Below are positions 39,254 through 52,679 of a DNA stretch of 64,000 bases, piece after piece. Origin of the DNA: Camelus ferus (taxonomy: Eukaryota). Below the pieces are notes generated by a model. That model did no database searches and was not told where the DNA came from. It saw nothing but the letters and a program-made list of their open reading frames with translations. Positions within the stretch are counted from its first letter, which is position 1, and every line of letters begins with the position of its first letter. The DNA lies in assembly GCF_009834535.1 (NCBI RefSeq), contig NC_045696.1, positions 57,662,001-57,726,000 of the forward strand. Direction: 5' to 3'. The position numbers and the translations under genes were made by a program.

Positions 39254-40910
39254 GGAAGGGTCCTAGGAAGTAACACAAAGGGTGAGATTTTGTAGTTGGA
39301 TTACTCACCAGCTGGATGACAATGAGGACAAGATATTGATACTGCCTGGATGCTGGGGCAGTAGGTTACTAAGACTTACCTGTGTGAGCTATAATGGGAT
39401 ATAGGGGATGCACTAACTGGTACAATGTCCTAGCATTAAAAAGTCACCTGGTAATCTCAAAATTTCCTAAGCCCAGACCACACCTAAGACTATTACATAA
39501 CAATTTCTTGGGGTAGGACACAGGCACCAAGATTTTTAGAAGCTCCCAAATGATTCCAATGTGCTGACAAATTTAGGAACTACTGTGTCAGTTTGAGGTG
39601 TATGGGGGCACTAATAACTGAAAGGTAAAACTGTGGAATCGGATAGCTGTTGGTAATCACCATTGATTCTTTACAGAGAGAAAATCATGGGCTCAGCTCT
39701 ATTAATCAACAACTTTTAGGGGCAAAAGAGTTCAGAGTATTTCCTTGACAGCATTTAAAAAGACACTCATTTCCTGCAGCTAGAAGGGAGGCACCGCTGA
39801 AGATCAGGCTGGGGATTTAATGAGAACTTTGAATTGCCTGAACCCTCCGGGGCTTCCAGAGTGATGAATTCTCCCTTGTTGAAAAATAGAGAACTTCCCC
39901 AGCTTAAAGGCTAAAAAGAAGCCTCAAATGAGGCAGTAGGGTTACCAGATAATGCGCAAGATGCCCAGTTAAATTTGAATTTCAGACAAACAATGAATAA
40001 TATTTTAGTATCCTAACCTCCTGTATCCTGTATTTTTATTTGCTAAATCTGGCAACCATATTTTCAAGGCAATCCTTGGCCTCTTCAGGACCCCTCACCT
40101 CCATCTGGCCACCAGACGCACAGTTAGGACTAAGTCTCTGCAAAACCTGACTGAGGGAATACCAGACTTGCTATGAGAAGAAAGAGAAAATATACCAAAA
40201 GAGCTGTAGACCCTGGCTAGCATGTACTGGCAGGAACTGGGAAAGTACGCTGGGAGTGGATCATGCGGGCTGGATCAAGGGAGGCAGAATAAATACCTAA
40301 ATAAAGAATTTAACATCTGGTTGTCAAAGGGTCCTGGGTTACAGTTCTAATACACTACTGGGATGTTGCCTGAAGATTAGAAAAAAACATGGCCCATAGT
40401 AAATGAAGTAAAGATGCAAACTGTTGAGAAAAGACTCAAAGGGCTTTGAGAAGTTGGAATGCTAGAATGAGCCTGCTACATAAACCTGGAAAACCCATCA
40501 CTGTGTTTCACAGCAGGGCCTGAAAGATACCTCATTAACCAAGGTGATAAGAAACATGCTGGTGAGAGGGGGACACACATTGTCAAAAGTGCAGTAATAT
40601 TCTCCATTGGCTAGGACTGACAGTAGAAGACACTGTTACAGAAGTGGGCTTTACAGGATCCAAGGGGATGACAAGACTCTGGAACAGCAGCGGCCAGGGG
40701 CTGCACTTTAAACGTCAGAGGTATTGCTCATAGTTGATGTGACGGGCAGCAAGTTTGGAAAAGCGGCCAGGGGGGCCTCAGAGATCCCCAGAGATGGTTC
40801 ACAGAACATGGTATTCCCCGGGGTAAGGAGATGGGCTGCCATCAGGGGTCCTGGTTAATACATGTAATTAAGAGAGATCAAGAATGGATGAGAAGGAAAC
40901 TGAGGTCACA
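39254..40910 (+). mobile_element. MaLR/ERVL internal region with degenerate gag remnant
   Basis: Around 40190-40290 it reads, with frameshifts and stops, P-K-E-L...M-Y-x-Q-E-x-G...W-E-W-I-M-R...D-Q-G, the ERVL/MaLR gag motif. Confidence 0.7.
39937..40060. mobile_element. MER53-like hAT MITE
   Basis: TIRs tagggttaccagat / atctggcaaccata; internal cccagttaaatttgaatttcaga. Confidence 0.85.
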
Positions 40911-41182
40911 AACCCACCATTCCCCCCAGAGGTGATCAAAGTTTGTCCTGCCTGTGTGATAAAAGTTTTCTTGTTTTATTTATAGTTTTATAGCCTGTGT
41001 ATGCACCCTAATCAATATAGTTTAATTTGCTCAGGATTCCAAACATTACGTAAATAGAAATACACTGTATGTGCGACTAGTTTCACACAATGTTTGTTAG
41101 ATTTATACATATAGTGTGTGTGTGCCTAAAGCATCTTACTTTTAACATGCTCCATGTTATTCCATTGTATGAATATTTCATA

Positions 41183-41973
41183 CAGGGTTGGCTTCATGGG
41201 GTGTGCAACCAGGGCAGTCATCCAACGTTCCAGTGATCAGAAGGGCCTATTCTTGGTTTAATAACTGTATCTTTGAATTTGAGTTTTACAAGGGAAGTCT
41301 GACAGAACAATGTGCTACAGGCTTGGAGCCCCAGCTCAAGACTGATCCTACCTCCTACCATCTTTCTAGAACAGGTTCTCAGCCAATCACCCCTGGCACC
41401 CCAGCCTCCCACTCTCAGCCCCATGCTACAACAGCTGTCACCCTATGCCCTGTTGGGGGCCTGGGCAAGGGCACAGAGAGGGTTGGGATTGTGCCCTACA
41501 GTATATGGGGTGGGGGATGGTGGCAGCTGTCCTTGCCCCAGGCTGGCAGCACCATGGCAAATTCAGAGGTGACAGGGTGGAGGAGAGCCTCTCATCCACC
41601 TGTGTCCAGGAACCTAGCATGTCCAGGCATGGAGGTTGCAGTACTCGGTAGGTTGGAGTGGTGGCCCATGGGAAGGGGAGATGACGGACTGGACTTTCTG
41701 TTAATGGGAGGGGTAACCCAGCAGTTGGTGGGTTTCATGCCTGCACTAGTGTAGAGTCATGAGGTGGGGCCCCCAAGCACCTGGGAGGATCTGCACTTGC
41801 CCCAGGAGTATCCCTGAGCCCAAGGGAGCATGACATCAAATAGCAAGTCAGAAAGACCATGATAGGCGAAGAGAGGCCACAGAAAAAGGAAAAAGCTTTC
41901 TTCCTGCTTTTTTGAACAAGGTGCTCACATTTTCATTTGGCATTGGGCCTGGCAATTTATGTGGTCAGCCTCG
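41183..41973. mobile_element. MER45-like hAT-Tip100 element
   Basis: Termini cagggttggcttcatggg ... cattttcatttggcattgggcctggcaatttatgtggtcagcctcg. Confidence 0.75.
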
Positions 41974-41999
41974 ATCCTATAGTTTGTCCCCAATTTGTG

Positions 42000-42675
42000 T
42001 AATTTACAAACTCTAGCCACATAAAAATGTATAATTAGATGAGTTTTGACATATCTATATACCATGAAGCTGCTGCCAAAACCAAGATTCAGAACATTTC
42101 TTTCATCCCCAAAAGACTCCTCATGCCCTGGCCATCCATACCACCCTCCATCCTTGGCCTCCAGACAATTACTGATCTGCTTTTTCACCTTATAGATAAC
42201 AGATTGATTTTTAAGAATTTTACATAAGTGAGGTCATACAGTATGTATTCCTTGGTTATTGGCTTCTTTCATTCAGCATGATTTTGAGAATCCACTTACT
42301 CTTTTTAAAATTTATTTTATTCATAGGTTATTACAAGATATTGAATACACTTCCCTGTGCTATACAGTAAATTCTGTTGCTCATCTATTTTATGTACAGT
42401 AGTTTATATCTGTTAATCTCATGCTTCTAATTTATATCCTCCTTCCCTTTCCCCTTCGGTAACCATACCATAAGTTGATTTTCTATGTCTGTGAGTCTGT
42501 TTCTGTTTTGTATATAGATTCATTTACATTATTTTTTAGATTCCACATATAAGTAACATCATATAATATTTGTCCTTCTCTGTCTGACTTACTTCACTTA
42601 GTATGATAATCTCTAGGTCCATCCATGTTGCTGCAAATAGCAGTATTTCATTCCTTTTACAGCTGAATAATATTC

Positions 42676-42722
<47 letters not shown>

Positions 42723-45420
42723 CGTGCGTGCGTGTGTGTAAAATACATCTTATTAAACTAATCATCTGTTGATGGGCACTTGGGTTTTTTCATGTCTTGG
42801 CTACTGTAAATAGTGCTGCTATGAACACTAGGGTACATGTATCTTTCCAAATTAGAGTTTTCATCTTTTCTGGGTATATGCCTAGGGCAGGAGTGGGTTT
42901 GCTGGGTTATATGGTAACACTGGTTTTAGATTTTAAGTAACCTTCATACTGTTTTCCATAGTGGCTGCACCAATTTAAATTCCCACCAACAGTGTAAGAG
43001 GGTTCCCTTTTCTTCGCAGCGTCTACTGTATTTATTATTCATAGACTTTTTGATGATAGCCATTCTGACAGGTATAAGGTGATACGTCATTGTGGTTTTT
43101 GATTAGCATTTCTTTAATAATTAGCGCTTTTGAGCATCTTTTCATGTGTCTGTTGGCCATCTGTGTCTTCTTTTGAGAAATGTCTATCTAGGTCTTCTAC
43201 CCATTTTTTTGATTGGGTTGTTTGGTTTTTTGATATTGAATTGTGTAAGTTGTTTGTATATTTTGGATATTAACCCCTTGCTGGTTGCATTGTTTCCAAG
43301 TATTTTCTTCCATTCTGTAAGTCGTCTTTTCATTCTTCTTTTCTGGTCTACTTAAGGCTATAAATTGCCCTCTAAAAATTGTGTTAACTGTATCCCCCAA
43401 ATATGCAATGCAGCATTTTCATTATTGTTCAGTTCAAAATATTTTCTAAATTCCATTGTGATTTCTTGTATGACACATGGGTTATTTATGAATGTGTTTC
43501 TTATTTTCTAAACATTTAGGGATTTTTTAGGGTTTTTTTGTTTCTTTCTTTCTTTTTTTTTTTTTTTTTTACCACTTTTTAGCTTAATTACATTGTAGTC
43601 AGAGGACAATGCTCTGCATAATTTCCAGCCTTTGGTTTTATTGTGACTTCTTTATGGCCTAGTGTGTGGTCAGATTTTTTAATATTTTCCATATGGGCTT
43701 GAAAAGGAAGTACCTTCTGTAGTTGTTGGGTACAATGTTCTGCCTAAGTTCATTATGTAAAATCTCTTAATCATGTTAGTTAAATCATTTAAATTCTTAT
43801 TGATTTTTTTTTGCATTGTTGTTCTATTACTGAAGCTTTTTAAATCTCTCACTATAGTTGTGCATATTTCTTCTATTTCTCCTCGTAATTCTGTTAATTT
43901 TCAATTTGTATATTTTGAGGCTATGTAATTGGGTGCATTATAAATTTTAAATTATAATGTCTTCCTGGTGAATTGAGCTCTTTATTGTTATAGAGTGATT
44001 CTCATCACATACAGTAATTCTTTTTGCCTTTAAGTCTTTGTGAGATGTTAACCAGCTTTTTTTGGTTAGTATCTGTATACTGTACCTTTTTTCTGCCCTT
44101 TTACCTTCTGTGTCTTTATAATTCATACTCTCAGTGTTTTTTCATACTTCAGATGTGTCTAGACATTTATTTTTAGTTTTTATACTAAAACTAAAACTTC
44201 AGTTTTATAGCCAGTTTATCAATTATTATTAAGTATAATTGCTGATATATGGCGGTTTATATCACTTTGTTTTGTGCTTTTTGTCTCACCTTTTCTGTGT
44301 GTATTTTTCTCTTGTTACTTGCTTTCTTTTAGATTATTTCCCCAAATTCTAAGTTCTTCCTCTATGAGGTGCAAAATTAAACATTTTGTTCCCATTATTT
44401 TAATGATTATTATGGAAATTACAACAGCCAAACTTATCAAAGTATACAGTTAATCACTATCTCCTCTTGGACAATAAAAAGCCCACAAAACATTTTTAAT
44501 ACCATTTAAACCCCTTCCAACTTACATATTATTTTTACTACGTATTTTAATTATATCTCATCTTTTTTAATATCACAAGATGTCATTATTGTTTTATATG
44601 ATCAATTTACCCACATATTTATTAATTCTACTGTTCTTTATTTCTTCTTGTATTAGAGACCTTCCCTCTAGGATCCCTCAGGATCATTTTCTGTCTTTCT
44701 GAAGTACATGCATTAGAATTTTTTTCTTTTTAAGACCACTTTATCGAGGTATAACTCACATACAAAATGCTGTACGTATTTAACATATACAACTTAGTGA
44801 CCTTGCAGATAAGTACACAGCAGTGAAACCATCACTACGAACACTAGAATTTCTTTAAGTGACACTCTGCTGTTGAAAATCTCTCTGTTTTTGTTTATTT
44901 ACCCTTACTCTTGACAGATACAAGATTCTATTTTGGCAATTATTTTCTCAGTGCATTGAATATATTGTTTCACTGCCTTCTAGCTTTCCTTGTTAAATTG
45001 AGAAGTCAACTGACAAGCAGTCACTCCTTTGAAAGCAATCTGTTTTTCCCCCTCCAGCTTCTTTAAAGGTCTTCTTCTCTTTGTCTCTGGAGTTCTGAAG
45101 TCTCCTTACGATGTGTCTAGGTATGTATGGGACTTTTTTTCATTTATGTTGTTTAGCTTCCTAATTTGGTGTATTGCAGTCTCTTTTTCATTTCCAGTTA
45201 GTTATGCATTATCTCTTCATATACTGTTTCTCCAAATTTCTCTTTCTTCTCCTACTGCAACTCTGATGAACTGATTTAGACCGTCCCAGGCTATCCTCCT
45301 TGCCTGTTAACTTTTCACCTATGTTCCCCAGCTTTTTTTTCCTCTTGACAATTTTTTCCATCCTATCTTGTAACTCACTAACCATATCTTTCCTATATCT
45401 AATTTGCTGTAAACACTTCT
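42000..45420 (-). mobile_element. Composite antisense L1 cluster (younger L1 about 42300-43340 among older L1M pieces)
   Basis: ORF2 C-terminal motif ...FAATWMDLEIIILSEVSQTEKDKYYM (ORF 42536..42748); gttttccatagtggctgcacc; older T-rich L1M sequence from 43350. Confidence 0.85.
42678..42738. repeat. (TG)n(CGTG)n microsatellite
   Basis: Read directly. Confidence 0.95.
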
Positions 45421-45477
45421 ATATTGCACCTACTATGAGACAGAATCCCTGGTCCTTCTCAGGATGGAATGGTTCCC

Positions 45478-45710
45478 ATTCATTCATTCATTTATTCAGT
45501 TAATACTTACTGACTACTTCCCACATGCCAGGCACAGTGCTAGGCCTTGGATATACAATGGTGAATAAAGCAGACAAGACCTCTGCTCTCATGGAGCTCC
45601 CAGTCTCGTAGAAAGAACATACATTAAACAAGTAATTAAATATGCACACTCGTTTCATATTGTAGTAAATATCAGGCAAGAGAAAAACAAGGTGTTGTGA
45701 GAGAATGGGT
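45478..45710 (-). mobile_element. L2 3' end
   Basis: cattcattcatttattca...tgccaggcacagtgctagg...ctctgctctcatggagct. Confidence 0.85.
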
Positions 45711-46804
45711 GTTGGAGCTTCCACATGCCTGGCTCACCTCTACAGCAGCTCTCATCATGACTCATTCTAATTGTCTGATCCCTGTGGCTATTATTTTGCC
45801 TGACACCATTCCTGCCGAACAGGGATAGACTCTGGTTTGACTGTGCTTCCCTGTCTCCTGGCTGCCCTGCTGACTTAGCATGGCCTGAGTCACTCTCGCT
45901 CCAAGAAACAAAGTTCTGAGAAAACTGAGCCAACAAACAGGTGACAGAAAAATTAAACTCCTAGCGTAAGGGATTTGGAGCATGTAGGGGTGGAAAAATC
46001 ACTCTGGAGTTGTCAGATGAACCTGATCCAGATAAAATACTCTGTGCTTAGATGAACAAACAGATAGTGAGGTAAATAAAAGTACATTTTTGAGAACTAT
46101 TTGAAACAGTGGCATGTAAATGCCTCCTATAATTTGAGAAAGGCCCTCACAGTAATAACAGAGATCTTGTCACAAAACCAAACCTAAATATATAGACTGT
46201 GAAAAAAAACCAGAAGACAGAACATGCAGTCATGTTTTTCAGAGCCTGGCATTTCCAATCAAATCTCTGTTCCACCAGCTGCACAGTCTTGGGCAGATTT
46301 TTTAAACTTATCCTCAGCTCAGTTTCCTCATGTGTAAAATGTGAATAATAATGGGCCTCCTAGGTTTTTTTCCCCCAGTTTTATTATGAATCCTAGAGTT
46401 TTTTTTAAATACTCAATAAATGATAGGCATTATACTTTTTATAATATTTAATTTTTTCACCACCCAGCTCAGTGCTGAGCACATATAAGGTACCCAAGAC
46501 ATGTTTTATTATTTGACTTGCTGTGCTTTTATTACTGGGGCCTCTCTCAAATAGTGAGGATGCATCTCTGAGATAAATGGGTAGGTGGTCTCTGGGACCC
46601 CACAGAGGCTTTCAGAGGCCTGGCAATAAGTCTACAAAGAGTGATCTAGGGGCATTCAAAGATTGCTGAGCCCAGCCAATGCCCCCAGGCATGGAGAGGA
46701 AAAGATTTCCTCCATTGACCTGACCAAGTGCTCTGCTGGACTTACTTATCTTCCAGATTCCTAGGCAGACCTCGCCACAGAAGCAGAGAGCAATGTGGCT
46801 ATTC

Positions 46805-46854
46805 TTTGTTTGTATTTATGTATGTATGCATGCATGTATGTATGTATGTAAGAA

Positions 46855-46885
<31 letters not shown>

Positions 46886-46914
46886 ATAGCTATCTAGCTA
46901 GCTAGCTAGCTAGC
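46805..46914. repeat. Compound (TATG)n(AAAT)n(AGCT)n microsatellite
   Basis: Read directly. Confidence 0.95.
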
Positions 46915-48677
46915 ACTGCGCAAAGCTTGTGAACACTTTAGTCAAGCTTAGCTAAAAGGATGGCTCAAGCTGGCCAGAAGTTTTGCCAACCACCTGCTCA
47001 GCACATAAGGTTGTATGGTGTTGGCTGGACACTGACCCAGTCCCAGGCCCTACACCTGGATCTGGAGTTTTCTTTCCTAAGCAGAGCTCTATGCCATGCC
47101 CTGGTGGTTTTCAGTCAGCTCACATGTTTTAACTTTTCCAGTGCAGCAGCAGAAACTATCTTCTCTATTCTGTCACCTGCGTCACTACCACCTCCACGCC
47201 AAATCATGAACCATCAGAGTGGGGGGCTGCCTGCAAGGCCACCACCTCTGGCTGCTTCCATGAGTGTTTAACGGAAGCTTCAGCTCCGCAGGGAACTCTG
47301 CTCATGGGGGCCTGGTACCTGGGGTAGAAGGAGGCTCCCTCTGAACAGCACTGGGTCCCAAACCAGCCTGTGACACGGGAGAAAACGGGATTCTCAGGAA
47401 AAGAGAGAGACAGCCTGTAGGACTCCCTGCCTGCAAGGGGAAGAGTCATCCTAGACATTTTAATGGAAAATCTGATGGACCCAATCAACAGCTCATCTGA
47501 AATTCAAGGAGAGCTGCTTCTCCCACAAAAGAAAATAAGGCCAGAATTTTCCTTCTCAAAGGAACCTGAAACACTACTTGGAAAGGAAGTTTGATATTTA
47601 TAATTATGGTTTTCTTAGTAATCAGCAGACAACAATTTTAAAAATCGAGACTTGAGACAGAATTAAACACTCAAATATGAGCTTGGTAGATCACAGTTAG
47701 GGTCAATACTGAGAGAGTAAAATGGTTAATCTTGGGTTCACAGCTGTGGGGTAAGACAGGAAAAAATTTATTTCCTGAAAGCTAAAGACTAGGCTTTCTC
47801 TCTAATCCCACACCACATTATCCTGATAAATAAGGAAGTTGTGCTGATTAACAGGAGCCTGACAAGATTGCAGCCCCCTTTAAATATCCTGAAGACACCA
47901 GCCGCTTTCCTCTCTAGCAGCAAACTGCGGTGAGCAACTCAGGGTCATTTCCTGCCCCGTCCTTGACTACTGGCTGCAGCCTGTGGACATAGCTGACCAG
48001 GGCACAGAGCCACATGATTCATCTTTCTTCCAGCACATGGATATGAGGGCAGCACCATTTCAAAGGAAAGCACAATTTTGTTTTATTCAGTCTAATGTGG
48101 TTCTGGGATAGCACAAGCTGTCCCTATTCTGAGGCGAGAGAATTCGATTTCCTCTCTCGCCTGTGGAAATGGGTTCAGCATATAACCCTATTTAATCACA
48201 GAACGTTAACACTAACCAAAGATGACCAACCCTGGGCCACCACAGGCAGCAGTGCTGATCCTTTTTGCTGAACCTAGACTCAACCTCAGAATACAGAGCT
48301 CTTGGCAGTCCTGCCAACCACACGAGGCATATGTGATTGAAACCACCATACATATTGCCTCAGTTTAAAGATGCATATTTTTTTTCATTAAGAGAGGAAA
48401 ACACATTACTATTTTAATAGTTGGCACCAGAATCCCACTGAGGGAAGAGCACAACCAGTTCAAGAAATAGTAATGTACATTCATTTTGATGCTCTTTCCA
48501 ATGCTGTTTTCAAATTCCCCTCTGTTATCCTAACTCCTCAGTCAGAGTTTAATATAGATAATCACCTTGTATCCCTGAAGTCTTGGGGAATGAAGGAAGA
48601 AAAGTGATTTCTACTCTAATCCTTTGTTCCTTTCTTCTGCTTGCTCTGGATTTAGTTTGCCTGCTCTTTTCAGTTTC

Positions 48678-49280
48678 AAAAGGACACATGCACCCCAATG
48701 TTCATAGCAGCACTATTTATAATAGCCAAGACATGAAAACAACCTAAATATCCATCACCAGATGACTGGATAAAGAAGCTGTGGTATATTTATACAATGG
48801 AATACTACTTAGCCGTAAAAAAATAATAAAATAATGCCATTTGCAGTAACATGGATGGACATGGAGAATGTTATTCTAAGTGAAGTAAGCCAGAAAGAGA
48901 AAGAAAAATACCATATGATATCGCTTATATGTGGAATCTGAAAAAAAAGACAAATGAACTTATTTACAGAACAGTAACAGACTCACAGACACAGAAAACA
49001 AATTTAGGGTTATAAGAGGTGGAAAGAGGTGGCAAGGGATAAATTGGGAGTTTGAGATTTGCAGATACTAACTAATATACATAAAATAGATAAACAACAA
49101 GTTTATATTGTATAGCACAAGGAACTATATTCAGTGTCTTAGTTATTCAGTAATAACTTATGGTGAAAAAGAATATGAAAACAAATATATGTATGTTCCT
49201 ATATGACAGAAGTATTGTGCTGTATACTAATTTATACAACATTGTAAACTGACTATATGTCAATAAAAATACTAAAAAAT
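48678..49280 (+). mobile_element. Relatively young L1 3' end
   Basis: ggacacatgcaccccaatgttcatagcagcactattt...gaagtaagccagaaagagaaagaaaaataccatatg...caataaaaa; visibly similar to the L1 at 37416-38165. Confidence 0.9.
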
Positions 49281-52200
49281 CATTGTAGGTATGTGTACTT
49301 TTTTGTTTCTAATGATTTTATGATTTTTTTTGTCTTTTTTGATTGGCAACATTTATCTATTTTATTGGCTTTCTCAGGAAAAAATAGTATCTAATTTAAT
49401 TGAAACACTGGATTTTTTTTTTTTTTTGCATGTCTGTATTTAATTTCTGTCTTCAACTTCTATTAATTCCGGTCCTCTACATTTTTAGACTATTTATTGT
49501 CTATTATGGACTTAAATGTTCAGTTACTTTATGTTTAGTCTTTTTTTCAAGGAGAAAATTTAATAGTATAAGTTTTTCTCTGAATAATGCTTTGGCTAAA
49601 TTCAACAGGTTTTTATATGTTCTATTTATTGCTAAATAATCTATAATGTCAGCTTTTATTTCTTCTTTAACCTAAGTGTTATTTAGAATAATATTTTGTT
49701 AATATCCCACTGTAAAGACTTTAAATGTGTGGTTTTTTAATTATTTTATTATAATTAAGAAATGTGACTTTTATCAGGTCTACTTTGGAGAATTTGTTGA
49801 GATTTTCTTTGTGATCTAATACATAGTCAATTAAAATATATATATTCTAGCAGCAACCAAGAAGAATTAATATTATCTCTTGACTATAAGCTTTTATACA
49901 TATGCGTGTGCATTTAATTACACTCAGTTGTATTACTCATATATGCTATGTTCTTACTCGTTTTTTAAATCTACTTGATCTTTTAATTTCTTTAAAAAGA
50001 TGTCTTAATTCTCCCTCTATGAATGTCAACTTGACAATTATCTTTGTGCTTCTAATACATATTTTTTATATGTTTCAAGATAATTTTTGTTATATTAGCT
50101 GATGTGCTTTTTGCTCTTGGTAATGTCTCTTTTCCTAGTATTTCTTCCCCCATTGAAACGAGACTTTCAATCCTTCATTGCTTTGATGGAGGAAGTCTGT
50201 TACAGAGAAATGGAAGAAAAAGTTCAGTATCAGTGAAAAGATTCTGAGTTGCACATGCCGGGGTTTCAAAGGCATGGATTAGAGGCTCAAGGCATAAAAT
50301 AAATTTGCAAGAATTCCTGACATTATAATTGCTAGTTTTTACTGCCTCAGACTAGATCAGCATTCCTTGGGCTAGTATTAAGAGACTGGAAAGGAATTAA
50401 GAGAATTGTATACTTGTGTATCCCCTTGAGAAACTGGCCAGCTCCCTTGCCCCTCCCCACTCTAGGATAACTTACCATAGTTAGAGGATGCACTAAAAAC
50501 TCCAGGCATGGTTGAAGGATCCAAGATCAGAGAGGACATGCATGTTGCTTCCTAGGTGAAGCTTGAAGAAGGGGCAAATACTCAAGAGTTCTCTAGCATG
50601 AAATATGGAATGGGAGCAGTAGTGTAGAGGTGGCTACATTCACTGACTAGGCAAGTATTTCATACAGTGTTGTAGAGTTTTCCAAATTTTCCCCAGAAGG
50701 ACATAGAGATAACACAGTGAGAGTTGGACCTGAAGAGGCACTGACATGAGGACAAGAAGAATACCGCCTCAGTGATTTGCATGGACCAATGATTAGAGAC
50801 CTTTCAGGGACAAGCACCTCTGCAGACACTGGAATAGACAGAAAATGATGCCCCCCTGGTATTAAGTATGTTCCCTGGAATACAAATTCAACTCCAAGAA
50901 TTTGTCAGGTAGTATACATGGAGTATGGAAAATCCGAACTGAATAAGATTACATTTCTACCATCTAGCAGCATGAAACAAAAATTAAATTCGCTCATAAA
51001 AATTTTTTTAAGTTTCATTTTTACACCTGAGGTTGTAAGAAATACAAGATCTATTTCAAAATTAACTTGACATATGCATAAAGAATTGATGACTGTCATA
51101 TCTTCTCCATGGATTTTTTCCATTTTATGTTTTCAGCTTTAGGTTCAGCTTTTTGTAAGCATTTATCAGGTATTTTGTAAGCATTTATCGGGTATATTTT
51201 TTATTCCTATAGTTTTAAGTCTCCTTATGTCATTTTATTTTTTGTGTGTCTTTTGAAACAGCATATAGCTGGATTCTTTTAAAACTATACTTGAGACTTT
51301 CTGCCTTTTAATAATTTATCATGATTAGTGATGTGTTGGATCTATTCCAGTCATGTTCTCCATTTACTATGCTTTCTTTGTTGGGTCTTATTTTTCTATT
51401 TCCTGTTTTTGTTGCTTGATCAAGTTTTCTTTGTTCAGTTTTTTTTTTCCCCTAATGGTTTTTAAAAAGTTACCTCCTAGATCTCCTTTGTTGCCACCAT
51501 TAAATTAGAAAACTTGTAAATTGCTTCTTTGGCTCAGATCCATCTTCTCTCTAGTACCCAGGAGCTCCTCTAACTTCTCTCCCTTTCCCTTTAAGCTGGA
51601 AAAGGGGGAGACGGGAGAAAAGACAAAAGCAAAGGTGGAAAAGGAGGAAAGATAAGCAGAGGTCAAGAGAGGGTGTATGTTCTCCGCAGCACATCTGCCA
51701 CCGGCCCAGCTAGTCCCTATAGTTTATAGATGGTGTCAAGACTAGTACCTGGAGGTGGGAAGGTGAAGGAACTGTTCTTGTGGATATGGAAGCTGGAGAA
51801 GGGTAATGGTCAGCAGCTTGGGTCCAGAGAGCTGTCTGATCGCAAATTACACTCCTTTGAAGAGTGGTGTCTGTCTGTCCCAGGACTTCTGCTGGTTCAG
51901 CTAAACAAAAGACTTCAATTGTGTGTTTTTTTCTTATTCTCTGATACTTTTGTGAGTTGTGGTCCCTTTTTCCCTAGTGAGATTAAAACTATGGAAAAGG
52001 AATGGAATAGCTAATTCAAAAATAATTTATAATCAGGCTATCAGTGCTGAGTCATGAGAAACAAGAAGTTGGATTAGGACAATAGAGCCTGGTAAATATG
52101 AAGAGTTTAGCAACACTAACATTCTTAAAGGATTGCAGCTTAAAGGGAGTATTCTTTCTCTGTTGTGACTGGGACAAAGAGAGGAAAACTAAATTTCCTC

Positions 52201-52679
52201 CAACTGAACACCTAGGCAGTTTACTGTGCAGAAAAGGAAAAGCTATTCTAGATCTATTTTACTTCTTTCTATCTCCTAAATTAATCAAATGGCCCTCCAA
52301 CAGAAAAGGGTAGAATTAACATCATAAGGACAGTCTAAGGTAGATGGGGAGATAATAAAAACACTTAACCCCTATAAGCAGATTTGAGTCCTCAGATTCC
52401 AGAAAATCTCATTCTAATGAGATAGAAAATCTTAATCGTGTGATCTAAGAGTCCCCGTATACAACACAGAGAAACCATAAAGCATGGATAAAGAAGACAA
52501 ATACTCCCCTTATTTTCAAACAAGGGGCAACAAATGAATTCTGGACACAAAAGACAAATAAGATAGGTGCTGAATTCAGGCAAAATTTTTCAAAAATTAA
52601 ACTCTTTTTTAGTATTTAGAATGAAGAGTCATTGAGTTCATCAATACAAGTTGTCATTTCTTATTTTACAGAATTACTA

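Noticed and set aside
41188..41754. 188-aa + strand ORF
   Set aside because: Lies wholly inside a MER45-like element, starts at TTG, and has no recognisable domain.
51520..52010. Possible ancient Gypsy-like LTR
   Set aside because: Only a vague resemblance; termini and family cannot be supported by eye.
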